From positions 1 to 32,000 of the forward strand of contig CAJYIW010000007.1 of the NCBI GenBank assembly GCA_913775095.1: a stretch of 32,000 nucleotides of DNA. Direction: 5' to 3'. The notes below the pieces were generated by a model, which did not search any database, was not told where the DNA came from, and worked only from the letters and a program-made list of their open reading frames with translations. Made by a program: the position numbers and the translations under genes. The stretch is from an uncultured Siphonobacter sp. (lineage in GTDB: Bacteria > Bacteroidota > Bacteroidia > Cytophagales > Spirosomataceae). Positions within the stretch are counted from its first letter, which is position 1. Each line of letters opens with the position of its first letter. Below are positions 1 to 10,721 of this stretch, one piece after another.

Positions 1-100
1 GTTGGTTGTTGGTTGTTGGTTGTTGGTTGTTGGTTGTTGGTTGTTGGTTGTTGGTTGTTGGTTGTTGGTTGTTGGTTGTTGGTTGTTGGTTGTTGGTTGG
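1..100. repeat. Heptanucleotide tandem array, unit GTTGTTG, 13 perfect copies at 5-95 plus partials; may extend past the window edge
   Basis: Direct reading: (GTTGTTG)13 from 5 to 95, flanked by gttg and gttgg. Confidence 0.97.
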
Positions 101-134
101 AAAGGCAGAACCAGTAAAGGTAGGCAAGCCGGTT

Positions 135-640
135 GGAATTGAACATATAACCCCAAAAAGGTTCATTCTGGCTAGCCCCAGGTGATATCCCGGGGTAATG
201 GGTTACATTCGCTCTACCGTGGCTGGTGTCTCACCAGCCAGTTGTAAAGGAAGTGGTTGGTGAGGACACCAACCACGGTGGATGAGGAGGGGTTCAGCAT
301 GGGTAGCCCGGGATGATAATCCGGGTTAATAATCGGGGTTGCCCTCCGCTTGTGCTAGTGTCTTATCCGCTCTACCTTGGCTGGTGTCTCACCAGCCAGC
401 TGGAAAAGGAAGTGGTTGGTGTCGTCACCAACCACGGTGGATGAGGAAGGGTTCAGCATAGATAGCCCGGGATGACAATCCGGGGTAGGGGGTAATAATT
501 GATGAACCTGGGTTTTCCCGCCATGCCTGGTGTCTTCACCAGCCGTTATGATAAGGCCATGAAGCACAGTGGACGAGTAAACAAAACCTGCAAAGGAAAT
601 CTCCCGGCCATGGCTGAGTACATTCACAGAAGAGAAATCC
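135..640 (+). repeat. Three tandem hairpin-rich repeat units (about 135-290, 291-450, 451-640; the last degenerate), same family as 10853-11345
   Basis: Each unit contains a tagccc..ccggg hairpin, TGGCTGGTGtctCACCAGCCA, and GTGGTTGGTGnnnnCACCAACCAC (third unit partly decayed). Units are head-to-tail. Confidence 0.85.
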
Positions 641-883
641 GTAGACATTACTGATAAATAGAAAAACGACCTTAGAAGCTATTACCTTTACAAAGTCTTT
701 AACGGCAAGAACAAATTACCCCATTTTTGGAGTTGAGCTTGGGTAAGCCTTCGTGAATCTTACGAATCACTGAAACAGGCCGTAGCAAACGCTAAACTCA
801 TCCTATCTTTGCATGTTTTTTCATTCTATACTTTCAATTTCTGGACACAACGCCGACTCCAATCCGGCATCGTTTCGTGACTT

Positions 884-3800
884 ATGACGACGACTACGAT
901 TCAAAAACCCGACATCCGTACTCTTCTTAAACATCGTATTCTAATCCTTGATGGAGCCATGGGTACGATGATTCAGCGGTATAAGCTGGAAGAAGAAGAC
1001 TATCGGGGCTATCGCTTTGCCGACTGGCCCCATCCGCTCAAGGGTAACAACGATTTACTCGTGTTAACCCGTCCCGATATCATCAAAACCATTCACGGTG
1101 AATACTACGAAGCCGGGGCTGATATTGTAGAAACGAACTCTTTCTCAGGTACGTGGATTGCCATGGCCGATTACGGCATGGAGGAGTTAGTGTACGAACT
1201 GAATTATGAATCGGCCCGCATTGCCCGTGAGGTGGCGGATGAATATACGGCTCGTAATCCCCAAAAACCGCGTTACGTAGCCGGTTCCATGGGCCCTACT
1301 AACCGGACAGCCAGCCTTTCGCCGGACGTGAATAACCCCGGCTACCGGGCCATCACGTTCGATCAGCTCGTTGGTGCGTATTACGAACAGACGAAGGCTC
1401 TGGTAGAAGGCGGCAGCGATATTCTGTTGGTCGAAACCATTTTCGATACCCTGAATGCCAAAGCAGCTCTTTTCGCGATTGATACCTATTATCAGGATGT
1501 AACCAGCGGCAAACTTCCCTGGCCGGAGCATATTCCCCAGGCGGAGAAGCTTGAAGTGCCCATCATGGTCTCGGGAACGATTACCGATGCGTCGGGCCGG
1601 ACGCTTTCGGGCCAGACGACTGAGGCATTCCTGACCTCGGTTTCGCATTTGCCCTTACTTTCCGTTGGGTTAAACTGTGCCCTGGGAGCTGATTTGATGC
1701 GTCCTTATGTGCAGACCCTGGCGGATAAATCGCCCTTCTTTACCTCGGCTCACCCCAACGCAGGTCTGCCGAATGAAATGGGTGAATACGACGAAACGCC
1801 CGAACAAATGGGCGAAACCATCAACGGATTCCTGCAAGATGGGTTGATTAACATCATTGGGGGCTGTTGTGGAACAACGCCGGGTCATATTCGTCGCATC
1901 GCTGAAATTGCGGAAAAACATCAGCCCCGAACGCTTCCTGAAGAGGAGCCCGTGCTGAAACTTTCCGGACTGGAACCCATCGAAGTCACCAAAGAGAAAG
2001 TCCTGTTCCTGAACATTGGTGAACGCTGTAACGTAACGGGATCGAAGAAATTTGCCCGGCTGATTCGGGAAAATAAATACGATGAAGCCCTGGTCGTAGC
2101 CCGGGAGCAGGTGGAGAGCGGAGCTCAGGTCATTGATGTAAATATGGATGAAGGGATGATTGACGGTGCCGCCGCCATGACGACCTTCATGAACCTGATT
2201 GCCTCGGAGCCTGACATTTCGAAAGTCCCTATTATGATTGACTCTTCCAAGTGGGAGGTCATCGAAGCGGGCCTGAAGTGCGTGCAGGGCAAGGCCATTG
2301 TGAACTCGATTTCGCTGAAAGAAGGCGAAGAGAAATTCAGGGAATACGCCCGAACGGTTAAACGATACGGAGCTGCTGCCGTGGTGATGGCTTTTGACGA
2401 AAACGGTCAGGCTGATAACTACGAACGCCGGATTCAGATTTGTGAACGAGCGTACCGGATTCTGGTGGATGAAGTGGGTTTTGCTCCGCAGGATATCATT
2501 TTTGATCCCAACATTCTGACCGTTGCGACGGGTATTGACGAACACAATAATTACGCCGTAGACTTTATTAACGCCACTCGCTGGATCAAGGAAAACCTCC
2601 CCCACGCGAAAGTTTCGGGCGGAGTGTCCAACGTGTCGTTCAGTTTCCGGGGTAACGAACCCGTTCGGGAAGCCATTCACTCGGTCTTTCTCTATTATGC
2701 CATCAAAGCGGGGATGGACATGGGAATCGTGAACGCCGGTCAGCTGACGATTTACGATGAAATTCCCAAAGACTTTCTGGAACTGGTAGAAGACGTATTA
2801 CTGAACCGTCGTCCCGATTCTACCGAACGCCTGGTCGCATTTGCCGAAACGGTAAAATCGAAAGGCAAAACCGATACCGGCCCGGATTATTCCTGGCGGC
2901 AGTTACCCGTCAAAGAACGCCTATCGCACGCCCTGGTAAAAGGTATTGCGGACTTCATCGATGAAGACGTAGAAGAATGCCGTCAGGGTTTTGAGCGTCC
3001 CATTGAAGTCATTGAAGGCCCCCTGATGGACGGTATGAACATCGTCGGCGACTTGTTCGGCGAAGGTAAAATGTTCCTGCCTCAGGTAGTAAAATCGGCC
3101 CGGGTTATGAAGAAAGCCGTAGCTTACCTGCAACCTTTTATTGAAGCCAGTAAGGAAGCGGGTTCAACAGCCGGGCGTATTTTGCTGGCCACCGTGAAAG
3201 GAGACGTGCACGACATCGGTAAGAACATCGTGGGCGTAGTGCTGGGTTGTAATAACTATGAAATCGTCGATTTAGGCGTGATGGTCCCCACGGATAAAAT
3301 CCTTGAAGCGGCTAAAACGCATAACGTGGATATCATCGGATTATCCGGCCTGATTACTCCCAGTCTGGATGAAATGGTAGGCGTGGCGAAGGAAATGGAG
3401 CGTCAGGGCATGACCATGCCTCTGCTCATTGGAGGTGCAACCACGTCCCGGATTCACACGGCGGTGAAAATTGACCCTCAGTATTCCGGTCCGGTTATTC
3501 ACGTGCTGGATGCCTCGCGTTCGGTTCCGGTGGCCGGTCGGTTAACACAGAACAAGCAAACCTTAACGGAAATACATAGCGAAATCAAGCAACAGTACGC
3601 CAAGCTTCGGGAAGATCACGCCAAGCGTAAATCGGACAAAAACTTTGTGACGATTGAGGCCGCTCGACTGAATAAGGTAAAAATCGACTGGGGTAATTTC
3701 AAGGCCTATAAACCCAGCTTCCTGGGAACCAGGGTGTTTGAGGATTACTCGCTGGCGGAAATTGCGAAATACATCGACTGGACCCCCTTCTTCCAGACCT

Positions 3801-4720
3801 GGCAGCTACACGGCAAATACCCGGCCATTTTTGAAGATAAAGTGGTAGGGAGTGAAGCAAAGAAACTGTACGAAGATGCGAATAATCTCCTGTTAGAGAT
3901 TATCCACGATCAGTCGCTGAAGGCCAAAGCAGTCATTGGGTTCTGGCCCGCGAATAGTCACGAAGACGACATTATTCTGCATCCTTTCGAGGAAGTAACG
4001 AAGGAAGTAGCCTGTGAACGTCACGGTTCTCATACGCACATTGAATACAAAATCAGTCGGGCTTCTCAGGAGGGTAAGATCGACGAAACCGAAGTAATCG
4101 CTACGCCCGCGTTAGCCACCTTACATCAGTTACGTCAGCAGAGCCTGAAAGCAGCGAACCTTCCCAATTACTCGCTGGCCGACTTTATTGCTCCGGTGGA
4201 AAGTGCTCACACGGATTACATCGGTGGTTTTGCGGTAACGGCTGGTATCGGTATTGAAGCCCTGATTGAAAAATACGAAAAGGATCATGATGATTATGGA
4301 AGCATCATGGTAAAGGCCATTGCCGACCGTCTGGCAGAAGCCTTCGCGGAGCTAATGCACGCCCGCGTTCGGAAAGAGTTCTGGGGATATGCCTCCGATG
4401 AAAAGCTGGATAACGAGTCCCTGATTGATGAAAAATACCAAGGTATTCGCCCCGCACCAGGGTATCCGGCCTGCCCCGAACATACCGAAAAACGGACCAT
4501 GTTCGATCTGTTGGGAGCCGAAGAACTGGGCATTACCCTGACGGAAAGCTTTGCAATGTATCCGGCCAGTTCCGTAAGTGGCTGGTATTTCAGTCACCCT
4601 GACAGCCGTTACTTTACGATTGGCAAGATTCAGAAAGATCAGGTGGAAGATTACGCCAGACGCAAAGGCATGACGCTCGAGGAAGCCGAAAAATGGCTGG
4701 CTCCAACGCTGGCTTACTGA
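884..4720 (+). CDS. metH: Methionine synthase (cobalamin-dependent), full length
   Basis: 1278 aa ORF; N-terminal [11 protein letters not shown], zinc site GGCCGTTP, pterin-binding domain, B12 motif [27 protein letters not shown]-terminal activation domain with [13 protein letters not shown]. Confidence 0.98.
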   Translation: MTTTTIQKPDIRTLLKHRILILDGAMGTMIQRYKLEEEDYRGYRFADWPHPLKGNNDLLVLTRPDIIKTIHGEYYEAGADIVETNSFSGTWIAMADYGMEELVYELNYESARIAREVADEYTARNPQKPRYVAGSMGPTNRTASLSPDVNNPGYRAITFDQLVGAYYEQTKALVEGGSDILLVETIFDTLNAKAALFAIDTYYQDVTSGKLPWPEHIPQAEKLEVPIMVSGTITDASGRTLSGQTTEAFLTSVSHLPLLSVGLNCALGADLMRPYVQTLADKSPFFTSAHPNAGLPNEMGEYDETPEQMGETINGFLQDGLINIIGGCCGTTPGHIRRIAEIAEKHQPRTLPEEEPVLKLSGLEPIEVTKEKVLFLNIGERCNVTGSKKFARLIRENKYDEALVVAREQVESGAQVIDVNMDEGMIDGAAAMTTFMNLIASEPDISKVPIMIDSSKWEVIEAGLKCVQGKAIVNSISLKEGEEKFREYARTVKRYGAAAVVMAFDENGQADNYERRIQICERAYRILVDEVGFAPQDIIFDPNILTVATGIDEHNNYAVDFINATRWIKENLPHAKVSGGVSNVSFSFRGNEPVREAIHSVFLYYAIKAGMDMGIVNAGQLTIYDEIPKDFLELVEDVLLNRRPDSTERLVAFAETVKSKGKTDTGPDYSWRQLPVKERLSHALVKGIADFIDEDVEECRQGFERPIEVIEGPLMDGMNIVGDLFGEGKMFLPQVVKSARVMKKAVAYLQPFIEASKEAGSTAGRILLATVKGDVHDIGKNIVGVVLGCNNYEIVDLGVMVPTDKILEAAKTHNVDIIGLSGLITPSLDEMVGVAKEMERQGMTMPLLIGGATTSRIHTAVKIDPQYSGPVIHVLDASRSVPVAGRLTQNKQTLTEIHSEIKQQYAKLREDHAKRKSDKNFVTIEAARLNKVKIDWGNFKAYKPSFLGTRVFEDYSLAEIAKYIDWTPFFQTWQLHGKYPAIFEDKVVGSEAKKLYEDANNLLLEIIHDQSLKAKAVIGFWPANSHEDDIILHPFEEVTKEVACERHGSHTHIEYKISRASQEGKIDETEVIATPALATLHQLRQQSLKAANLPNYSLADFIAPVESAHTDYIGGFAVTAGIGIEALIEKYEKDHDDYGSIMVKAIADRLAEAFAELMHARVRKEFWGYASDEKLDNESLIDEKYQGIRPAPGYPACPEHTEKRTMFDLLGAEELGITLTESFAMYPASSVSGWYFSHPDSRYFTIGKIQKDQVEDYARRKGMTLEEAEKWLAPTLAY

Positions 4721-4744
4721 GCATTTTGCCGAATTAGTTAACGT

Positions 4745-4784
4745 AAAAACGCTTTCAATTCTCTTCTGAGTTGAAAGCGTTTTT
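4745..4784 (+). terminator. Rho-independent terminator downstream of metH
   Basis: aaaaACGCTTTCAA-ttctcttctgag-TTGAAAGCGTttttt, 25 nt after the metH stop. Confidence 0.85.
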
Positions 4785-4879
4785 CATTTTTGATGGGTCT
4801 TCGTAAGCGGCATCATAAAATTCAAAAAAAAGTATAAACTTTGTGGAAGTTTAACCTGACCTGAAATCCATAAAGGACT

Positions 4880-6316
4880 ATGCTTTTCAATAGCTATAGT
4901 TTTGTAATACTGGTATTCATTACCTTTATTCTGTATTACCTGCCTACCCGCCGGGTGCAAAATACATCCTGGCAAATTATTGTATTAATACTGGCCAGTC
5001 TGTTTTTTTACGGCTATCATCAGCCTGAGTTACTGGTTTTGCTGCTGGCTTCAGTGGCGGTTAATATTGCGGCCAGTTACCTCATTATTCATGGAAAGCA
5101 CGGATTCGAAAAGCTGGCTGCCTTTGGGGGAGTGACGCTGAACCTGAGTATCTTATTGTTTTTTAAATACAGTCCCTTAGTTGCCCGAACTTTTCTTTTG
5201 CCTGATCTGGATGCCGGTTCTTTTTTAATGAATTTGCCCTTACCTATCGGGATTTCTTTCTTTACCTTTCAGGGGATAAGCCTGATTGTCGATACGTACA
5301 GAAACCTGAATAACGAAGCCTACCGTGAACTTATTCCGGCTTCGCTAGCCGAGCATAGCAAACGGGTGTTGTTCTTTAAAGCTTTTTTTCCACAGCTTGT
5401 TTCCGGACCTATTGTCAAGGCCTATTACTTTCTTCCGCAAATCACTTACAAAGCTTTCAGAGCGATTAACTGGTCGTATTGTTTCAGAAATTTAACGCTG
5501 GGTTATTTTTTTAAAATGGTAATCGCGGATAACCTAAAAGACGTTACCTCTACCATTACATTTCCCTATTTTGAAGCCGAATCAACGCTTACGTTACTGG
5601 TCGTTCTGTTTGGGTATTCGATGCAGATATTTGCCGATTTTGCCGGGTATTCGCTGATTGCTTTAGGGTTCGCCGCCTTATTCGGATACCAGTTTCCCAT
5701 TAACTTCAATTTTCCTTACATCAGTACTTCGTTTTCGGAATTCTGGCGGCGTTGGCACATTTCTCTGTCGAGTTTTTTAAGAGAATACCTGTATATCCCC
5801 CTGGGAGGCAACCGGAAGGGAGCGTTTCGTACCAACGCTAACCTCCTGTTAACCATGGTGCTGGGAGGTCTCTGGCACGGAGCAGCCTGGAGTTATGCCA
5901 TTTGGGGACTTGTGCACGGACTGGCTCTGGTCCTGGAAAGAATGGCGGGATGGAATACGCATACCCGCTCGCACTGGCTCGTACAATGCCTGAAAGGAGT
6001 CTTTGTTTTTACCTTCGTTACCTTTGCCTGGCTGCTCTTTAAGCTACCTGATTTTGGTCACGTACTTGCCTTCGGTAAAGCGTTACTTCACAACTACAAT
6101 CGCCCCCTGAATACGCTTCCCGTTACGCTTACTGTATTGTTTTCTATTCCTGTCCTTGCGTATCACGCCTGGTATCTGGCAGGCTCGGTCATTCCTTCGC
6201 ACGAAGTTCTGAAGATTCGGTTATTGAAAACAGAGCCTTATGTATTGGGAATTATGCTGTTTATGATTGTTACTAATAGTGGTTCCAGTACTGACTTTAT
6301 TTATTTCCAATTCTAA
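4880..6316 (+). CDS. MBOAT family O-acyltransferase (AlgI/DltB-like)
   Basis: 478 aa polytopic protein; N-term LFNSYSFVILVFITFILYYL, LPLPIGISFFTFQGISLIVD, FWRRWHISLSSFLREYLYIPLGG, GGLWHGAAWSYAIWG. Confidence 0.95.
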   Translation: MLFNSYSFVILVFITFILYYLPTRRVQNTSWQIIVLILASLFFYGYHQPELLVLLLASVAVNIAASYLIIHGKHGFEKLAAFGGVTLNLSILLFFKYSPLVARTFLLPDLDAGSFLMNLPLPIGISFFTFQGISLIVDTYRNLNNEAYRELIPASLAEHSKRVLFFKAFFPQLVSGPIVKAYYFLPQITYKAFRAINWSYCFRNLTLGYFFKMVIADNLKDVTSTITFPYFEAESTLTLLVVLFGYSMQIFADFAGYSLIALGFAALFGYQFPINFNFPYISTSFSEFWRRWHISLSSFLREYLYIPLGGNRKGAFRTNANLLLTMVLGGLWHGAAWSYAIWGLVHGLALVLERMAGWNTHTRSHWLVQCLKGVFVFTFVTFAWLLFKLPDFGHVLAFGKALLHNYNRPLNTLPVTLTVLFSIPVLAYHAWYLAGSVIPSHEVLKIRLLKTEPYVLGIMLFMIVTNSGSSTDFIYFQF

Positions 6317-6320
6317 GCGG

Positions 6321-7187
6321 ATGATCAGAAAATCTTTACTCACGGCTTTTATCCTGCTCGTTTTATATTGGGCTTTTATACTTATTAATGCTGATCGTAT
6401 TACCCGTACGGGACAGAATCAGTACGCTCGTAATCTGGTAAGTGCTGAAGAATATTTATACGAAAATGGTCAGAAAGCCCATACGTTAATTTTGGGCTCG
6501 TCCATGAGTAGCCGTCTCGTTATGGATTCCTTACCTAAAGGATTTTATAACCTGAGTATGTCGGGTTTAAGCGTGCATGACGGCTTGCAATTGCTGGAAA
6601 AGGCAAAGCAGAAACCCCGGGTGGTAATGATTGAAATGAATATAGTGCTAAGGGAGGCAAACCAGAGTTTTGATGAAGACGTTTTACATCCCATTTTATA
6701 TCATGTTCGTGAGTACATCCCACTGATTCGGAAAAAGTATCAGCCGCTGGGGGTTTTGAAAGCTCTGTATCGGGATCGGATGTCGGTTAGTCAGGATTAT
6801 ACCTTATTTACGCTGCCTAAAGAAGTGTATGAAAGTGAAGTTAAACGTTTAATCAACGAATTTTCCTCAGCAGAACAGATTCCTAAAATTAAACCGAGAT
6901 TTCTGGCTTTAAAACAGGCGGTACAACGCTTACGGGCCTCGGGTGTGCAGGTGATATTTTTCGAAATGCCCTTTCACCAGGCCGCAACGCAGTTGAAAAT
7001 TCCCCGTCTGATTCGGTCCAATTTCTCCCTTTTGTTTCCTTCCCGGGAATATACCTACGTCAATAGGCCATCGGAGGTCTATCAGACTACGGATGGGGTT
7101 CATCTGGCAGGAGTAGAAGCCCGGCGGTATACCTGTTATCTGAGAAACGAGTTGAGGAAGAAAAAGCCTGAACTTTGCATGGAGTGA
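6321..7187 (+). CDS. SGNH-like/hypothetical partner protein of the MBOAT acyltransferase, one N-terminal TM
   Basis: ORF track starts at a TTG (6267), but ATG 6321 gives MIRKSLLTAFILLVLYWAFI. LGSSMSSRLVMDSL resembles the first block of SGNH-like proteins; adjacent to the MBOAT gene. Confidence 0.7.
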   Translation: MIRKSLLTAFILLVLYWAFILINADRITRTGQNQYARNLVSAEEYLYENGQKAHTLILGSSMSSRLVMDSLPKGFYNLSMSGLSVHDGLQLLEKAKQKPRVVMIEMNIVLREANQSFDEDVLHPILYHVREYIPLIRKKYQPLGVLKALYRDRMSVSQDYTLFTLPKEVYESEVKRLINEFSSAEQIPKIKPRFLALKQAVQRLRASGVQVIFFEMPFHQAATQLKIPRLIRSNFSLLFPSREYTYVNRPSEVYQTTDGVHLAGVEARRYTCYLRNELRKKKPELCME

Positions 7188-7190
7188 AAA

Positions 7191-8546
7191 TCAGGATTTT
7201 TTGATCAATACGGTAATGGCCTTCTCCGGTTTCCGAAGGCGAATGGCGAGCCAGCTTTGTACGTTGGGGATTAATCGGCCATCGGGCTTTGCCATCAATA
7301 AGACGCATACGGTCTGCTCTTCGTTATTGGTTGTGACGTGCGTACCGATGGAAACGGTTGTGATTTCCGGGTATAAAGCCTTTAGTTCCTGAGCAATTTG
7401 AGGGATCTGCGTCTCCGGCTGGGCATTTTTTCGCAGGGAGTCCATTTCCATTCGCTGCGTTAGCAGCAGCTTTTCCGTTTCCGTCAGTACACTTCGCGAA
7501 GTTTCCGCCAGAATGGTATCATCAAAGCCATAGCGGAAGGTTAACTCGGTGTTGAACAACTGATACCGGGGCAACTGACGTTTGAGGGAGTCCAACTCCT
7601 GACGGCTAATCCGCTGACCAACGATCAGCAACTCCACTTTTCTGCCTCCAGCCGTGGGCAATACCGACTGCTGAATAACGTAATGGTTGTGACTCCTGAT
7701 TTTTTCATCAATGAAAATTTTCAGGTTTCTTCGGTAAATGGAATCCACCACGAGCTGATAAGCCAGGTAAATGCTGGGAAGAAGCGTCAGAACCATCAGC
7801 CAGGTCATCGTCCGGCGGACCCAGGCCTGCGTTTCTTTTTCAACGTATTGATAGGGCTGAAAGTTGAGATAACGAACAACCAGGTAAGTGGAAAAGGCAA
7901 TGCAGATGCCATTAATTGCAAATAAATAAAAGGCTCCGGCTACAAACGACCAGTTTTGGTTGGCAATGCCATAACCCGCGGTGCAAAGCGGCAGCATCAT
8001 TCCGGTAGCAATGGCTACGCCGGTAACGATGGTCCCCTTGCGGGCTCGGGACGCTCCCACAATTCCGGCAACGCCGCCAATCAGGGCCACCAGTACATCC
8101 CAGACGCTGGGGTTGGTATAGACAATCATTTCTGATTGTGCCTCTTTCAGGGGGCTTAACCAGAAATAAAGCGTGGAACTGCAAAGACTAAACAGGACAA
8201 AAACCAGCAGATTGCGAAGGGCAGTTTTGAAGAAAGCAAAATCATAGGTGGCCAGACTTAAGCCAATGCCGTAAATAGGTCCCATGAGCGGGGAGATCAG
8301 CATCGCTCCAATGATGACTGCAATGGAGTTGATATTTAAGCCAATGGACGCAATGAAAACGGCAGCTACCAGTACCCAGAGATTCGTTCCCCAGAGAACA
8401 GCTCCTTTTTTAATGGATTGTACGATTTCCTGTTCGTGGTCCTTATCTTCTTCGAGACTTATTAAACGGCCGAGTACTGAGCGAAATTTACTTACTTGCA
8501 TAGGCTCTTCATCCAGATCAGGTTGGTAAGCAGGAGACACATTCAA
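7191..8546 (-). CDS. DUF389 domain-containing membrane protein
   Basis: 451 aa; SIAVIIGAMLISPLMGPIYGIGLSL...ALIGGVAGIVGASRARKGTIVTGVAIATGMMLPLCTAGYGIA is typical of the DUF389 family. The true start may be the internal Met at 8498 (MQVSKF). Confidence 0.9.
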   Translation of the reverse strand: MNVSPAYQPDLDEEPMQVSKFRSVLGRLISLEEDKDHEQEIVQSIKKGAVLWGTNLWVLVAAVFIASIGLNINSIAVIIGAMLISPLMGPIYGIGLSLATYDFAFFKTALRNLLVFVLFSLCSSTLYFWLSPLKEAQSEMIVYTNPSVWDVLVALIGGVAGIVGASRARKGTIVTGVAIATGMMLPLCTAGYGIANQNWSFVAGAFYLFAINGICIAFSTYLVVRYLNFQPYQYVEKETQAWVRRTMTWLMVLTLLPSIYLAYQLVVDSIYRRNLKIFIDEKIRSHNHYVIQQSVLPTAGGRKVELLIVGQRISRQELDSLKRQLPRYQLFNTELTFRYGFDDTILAETSRSVLTETEKLLLTQRMEMDSLRKNAQPETQIPQIAQELKALYPEITTVSIGTHVTTNNEEQTVCVLLMAKPDGRLIPNVQSWLAIRLRKPEKAITVLIKKS

Positions 8547-8580
8547 GAGCGAAATAAGAAGGAAACGCAGGAAAAACGAT

Positions 8581-9477
8581 ATGATACGTTATTTTTTAGT
8601 CGCTGGTTTACTGTTTTTCAGCCTGTTCCGTACAACTTCGGCACAGCAGAAAATTGTAGTTTTTCAATCGGATTTCGGGTTGAAAGACGGAGCCGTTTCT
8701 GCCATGAAAGGAGTAGCTATAGGCGTTTCTACGGAGCTGAAATTATTCGATTTGACGCACGAAATTCCCGCCTATCACATTTGGGAAGCCGCGTATCGGC
8801 TGGAGCAAACGGTACCGTACTGGCCCCGGGGAACGGTGTTCGTGTCCGTGGTAGATCCGGGCGTGGGAACTGAACGGAAGTCGGTAGTACTGAAAACCAA
8901 CGCCGGGCATTACATCGTAACGCCGGACAACGGAACCCTGACATTACTGGCTGAATCGGAAGGCATTGAGGAAATTCGAGAGATCAACGAAGCCATCAAT
9001 CGCCGGAAGGATTCGGGGAAGTCGTACACTTTCCACGGTCGTGATGTATACGCCTATACCGCCGCCCGACTAGCGGCCGGAACCATCACTTTCGAAGAAG
9101 TGGGAGGGGTGTTACCCCGGCAGGTCGTAACGATTCCTTACCAGAAAGCCCGTAAACAGAGTTCGGTGCTGGAAGGTACTATTTCCATTCTGGATGTTCA
9201 GTACGGAAACGTCTGGACCAACATTCCGTCCGGATTATTTGAGGAATTACATGCGAAAAGAGGGCAGCTCTTAACGGTTCGCATTTATCAGAATCAGCAA
9301 AAGAAATACGAAGGAAAAGTGCCTTACGTTCAGACGTTTGGAGATGTAGCGGAAGGAACTCCTCTGTTGTATTTAAATAGCCTGTTGCAGGTTTCGCTCG
9401 CCTTGAACCAGGGTAACTTCGCCGAAAAATTTAAGATTGAAAGCGGAAACGAATGGAAGATTGAAATCAGTAGATAG
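8581..9477 (+). CDS. SAM hydroxide adenosyltransferase/SAM hydrolase family protein (DUF62, chlorinase/fluorinase-like fold) with N-terminal signal peptide
   Basis: FQSDFGLKDGAVSAMKGV..., DLTHEIPAY, FVSVVDPGVGTERKSVVL, TPDNGTL, FHGRDVYAYTAARLAAG. N-term MIRYFLVAGLLFFSLFRTTSAQQ looks like a Sec signal peptide. Confidence 0.9.
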   Translation: MIRYFLVAGLLFFSLFRTTSAQQKIVVFQSDFGLKDGAVSAMKGVAIGVSTELKLFDLTHEIPAYHIWEAAYRLEQTVPYWPRGTVFVSVVDPGVGTERKSVVLKTNAGHYIVTPDNGTLTLLAESEGIEEIREINEAINRRKDSGKSYTFHGRDVYAYTAARLAAGTITFEEVGGVLPRQVVTIPYQKARKQSSVLEGTISILDVQYGNVWTNIPSGLFEELHAKRGQLLTVRIYQNQQKKYEGKVPYVQTFGDVAEGTPLLYLNSLLQVSLALNQGNFAEKFKIESGNEWKIEISR

Positions 9478-9516
9478 TTTGAATGTTTGAATGTTTGAAT
9501 GTTTGAATGTTTGAAT
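9477..9516. repeat. Octamer tandem array (GTTTGAAT)x5
   Basis: Direct reading; shares its first G with the preceding TAG stop codon. Confidence 0.97.
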
Positions 9517-9574
9517 ATTGTTGCTTTCAATGCTATTATTTTTCTCAATCAGTTTCAAACACCCACTTGCCTCA

Positions 9575-10672
9575 CTATTCTTCGCTGTAAATGGGTGCTT
9601 TCCGATTCCGGAGCTGCCCGCCTTCACGGTGCGAAAAGACAGTCCTGATTTCTGCCAGAATGGATAAGTCGATTTCCTCGGGCGTGGCTGCTCCGGTATC
9701 AAGTCCGGCGGGGCTGTAGGTTCGCTGAAACTGTTCCGGCGAAAGCGTAGTTCCTTCTTCATCCAGTCGCTGAATCATCTTCTCAAAACGCTTTCTGGGG
9801 CCCAGTAATCCGATGTAAGGAACCTGCGTAGAAGTTACGTAACGCTGGTAATTTTGAAAATCCGTTTCCAGATCATGGGCCATCAGCACCACCGCCGTAA
9901 AATCATCGGGTTCAATCTGAGTATCTTTCGGTACCACGGCATCGGCCCAATTGAACAATGACTTATTAATTTTCTGAGGATTGCAGAAGACGGTGCTTAG
10001 CCAGCCTAATTCCTTCGCCTGCCGAACCAGCGGGAAGATGTCATAATTACCGCCATGAATGAACAAATGAATGGGCGGCGGAATAATTTCCAGTAACAGA
10101 GTAATGCTTCCAAATTCTCCCGAAAGCGTTTGCAAAGTCGATTTTTCGTTGGTTAAGCAAGTATGGATGCAATCAATTACTTCCGCTCTCGCTACTGGAA
10201 ATTCGAAACCTTTCGGTGATTCAAAACGGTGAACGGAACCCTGAGGTAACTCTTCCAGTAAACTTTCGGTTACGGTGATGACTACAGAAGGCTGACGGCG
10301 GGAAATCAGCGGCTGTAACTGCAAAACGGCATTATGAGCATCATTAGGGTCTAGCGGACTGAGCAAAACGTCAATAATCCCATTACAACCGAGCCCAACC
10401 CCAATCTGATAGGGGTCATCATCAGTAGTATCATACGTAACAATAGAAGCCTTACCCGTTGACATCGCCAGCCGGGCTCGTTTCAGAGCATCGCCTTCCA
10501 GACATCCGCCGGAGATGCCTCCAATCCACTGACCGTCTTCCGTAACCAGCATTCGTGCTCCGACCCGGCGATAGGAGGAGCCTTCTACCCGTACGACGGT
10601 AGCCAGTGCGGCCCGCGTGTTCGAAAAATCAATCGTCAGGTAATGTTCGAGTATAGACTTTATTTCTTTCAT
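9575..10672 (-). CDS. XdhC/CoxI family protein (molybdenum hydroxylase maturation)
   Basis: 365 aa; TVVRVEGSSYRRVGARMLVTEDGQWIGGISGGCLEGD, VGLGCNGIIDVLL, C-terminal Rossmann VFCNPQK...GLLGPRKR...YSPAGLDTGAATPEEIDLSILAEI. Confidence 0.93.
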   Translation of the reverse strand: MKEIKSILEHYLTIDFSNTRAALATVVRVEGSSYRRVGARMLVTEDGQWIGGISGGCLEGDALKRARLAMSTGKASIVTYDTTDDDPYQIGVGLGCNGIIDVLLSPLDPNDAHNAVLQLQPLISRRQPSVVITVTESLLEELPQGSVHRFESPKGFEFPVARAEVIDCIHTCLTNEKSTLQTLSGEFGSITLLLEIIPPPIHLFIHGGNYDIFPLVRQAKELGWLSTVFCNPQKINKSLFNWADAVVPKDTQIEPDDFTAVVLMAHDLETDFQNYQRYVTSTQVPYIGLLGPRKRFEKMIQRLDEEGTTLSPEQFQRTYSPAGLDTGAATPEEIDLSILAEIRTVFSHREGGQLRNRKAPIYSEE

Positions 10673-10721
10673 TTTACTTGTTTTCAGTCTTCTGTTTTAA
10701 GCGGCTGCGGCTGCGGTTTTG

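Noticed and set aside
355-648. 97-aa minus-strand ORF
   Set aside because: Lies wholly within the hairpin repeat units; the reading frame follows from repeat content.
700-883. SAM or cobalamin riboswitch upstream of metH
   Set aside because: Could not find the conserved core motifs (no convincing B12 box or SAM-I pattern); an Infernal/Rfam scan would be needed.
1187-2680. Long antisense ORFs (153 and 336 aa) inside metH
   Set aside because: Shadow ORFs antisense to a strongly conserved metH; no recognisable family.
7187-7191. Fusion or frameshift at the MBOAT-partner/DUF389 junction
   Set aside because: They are simply convergent genes with 3 nt between stops; both products look complete.
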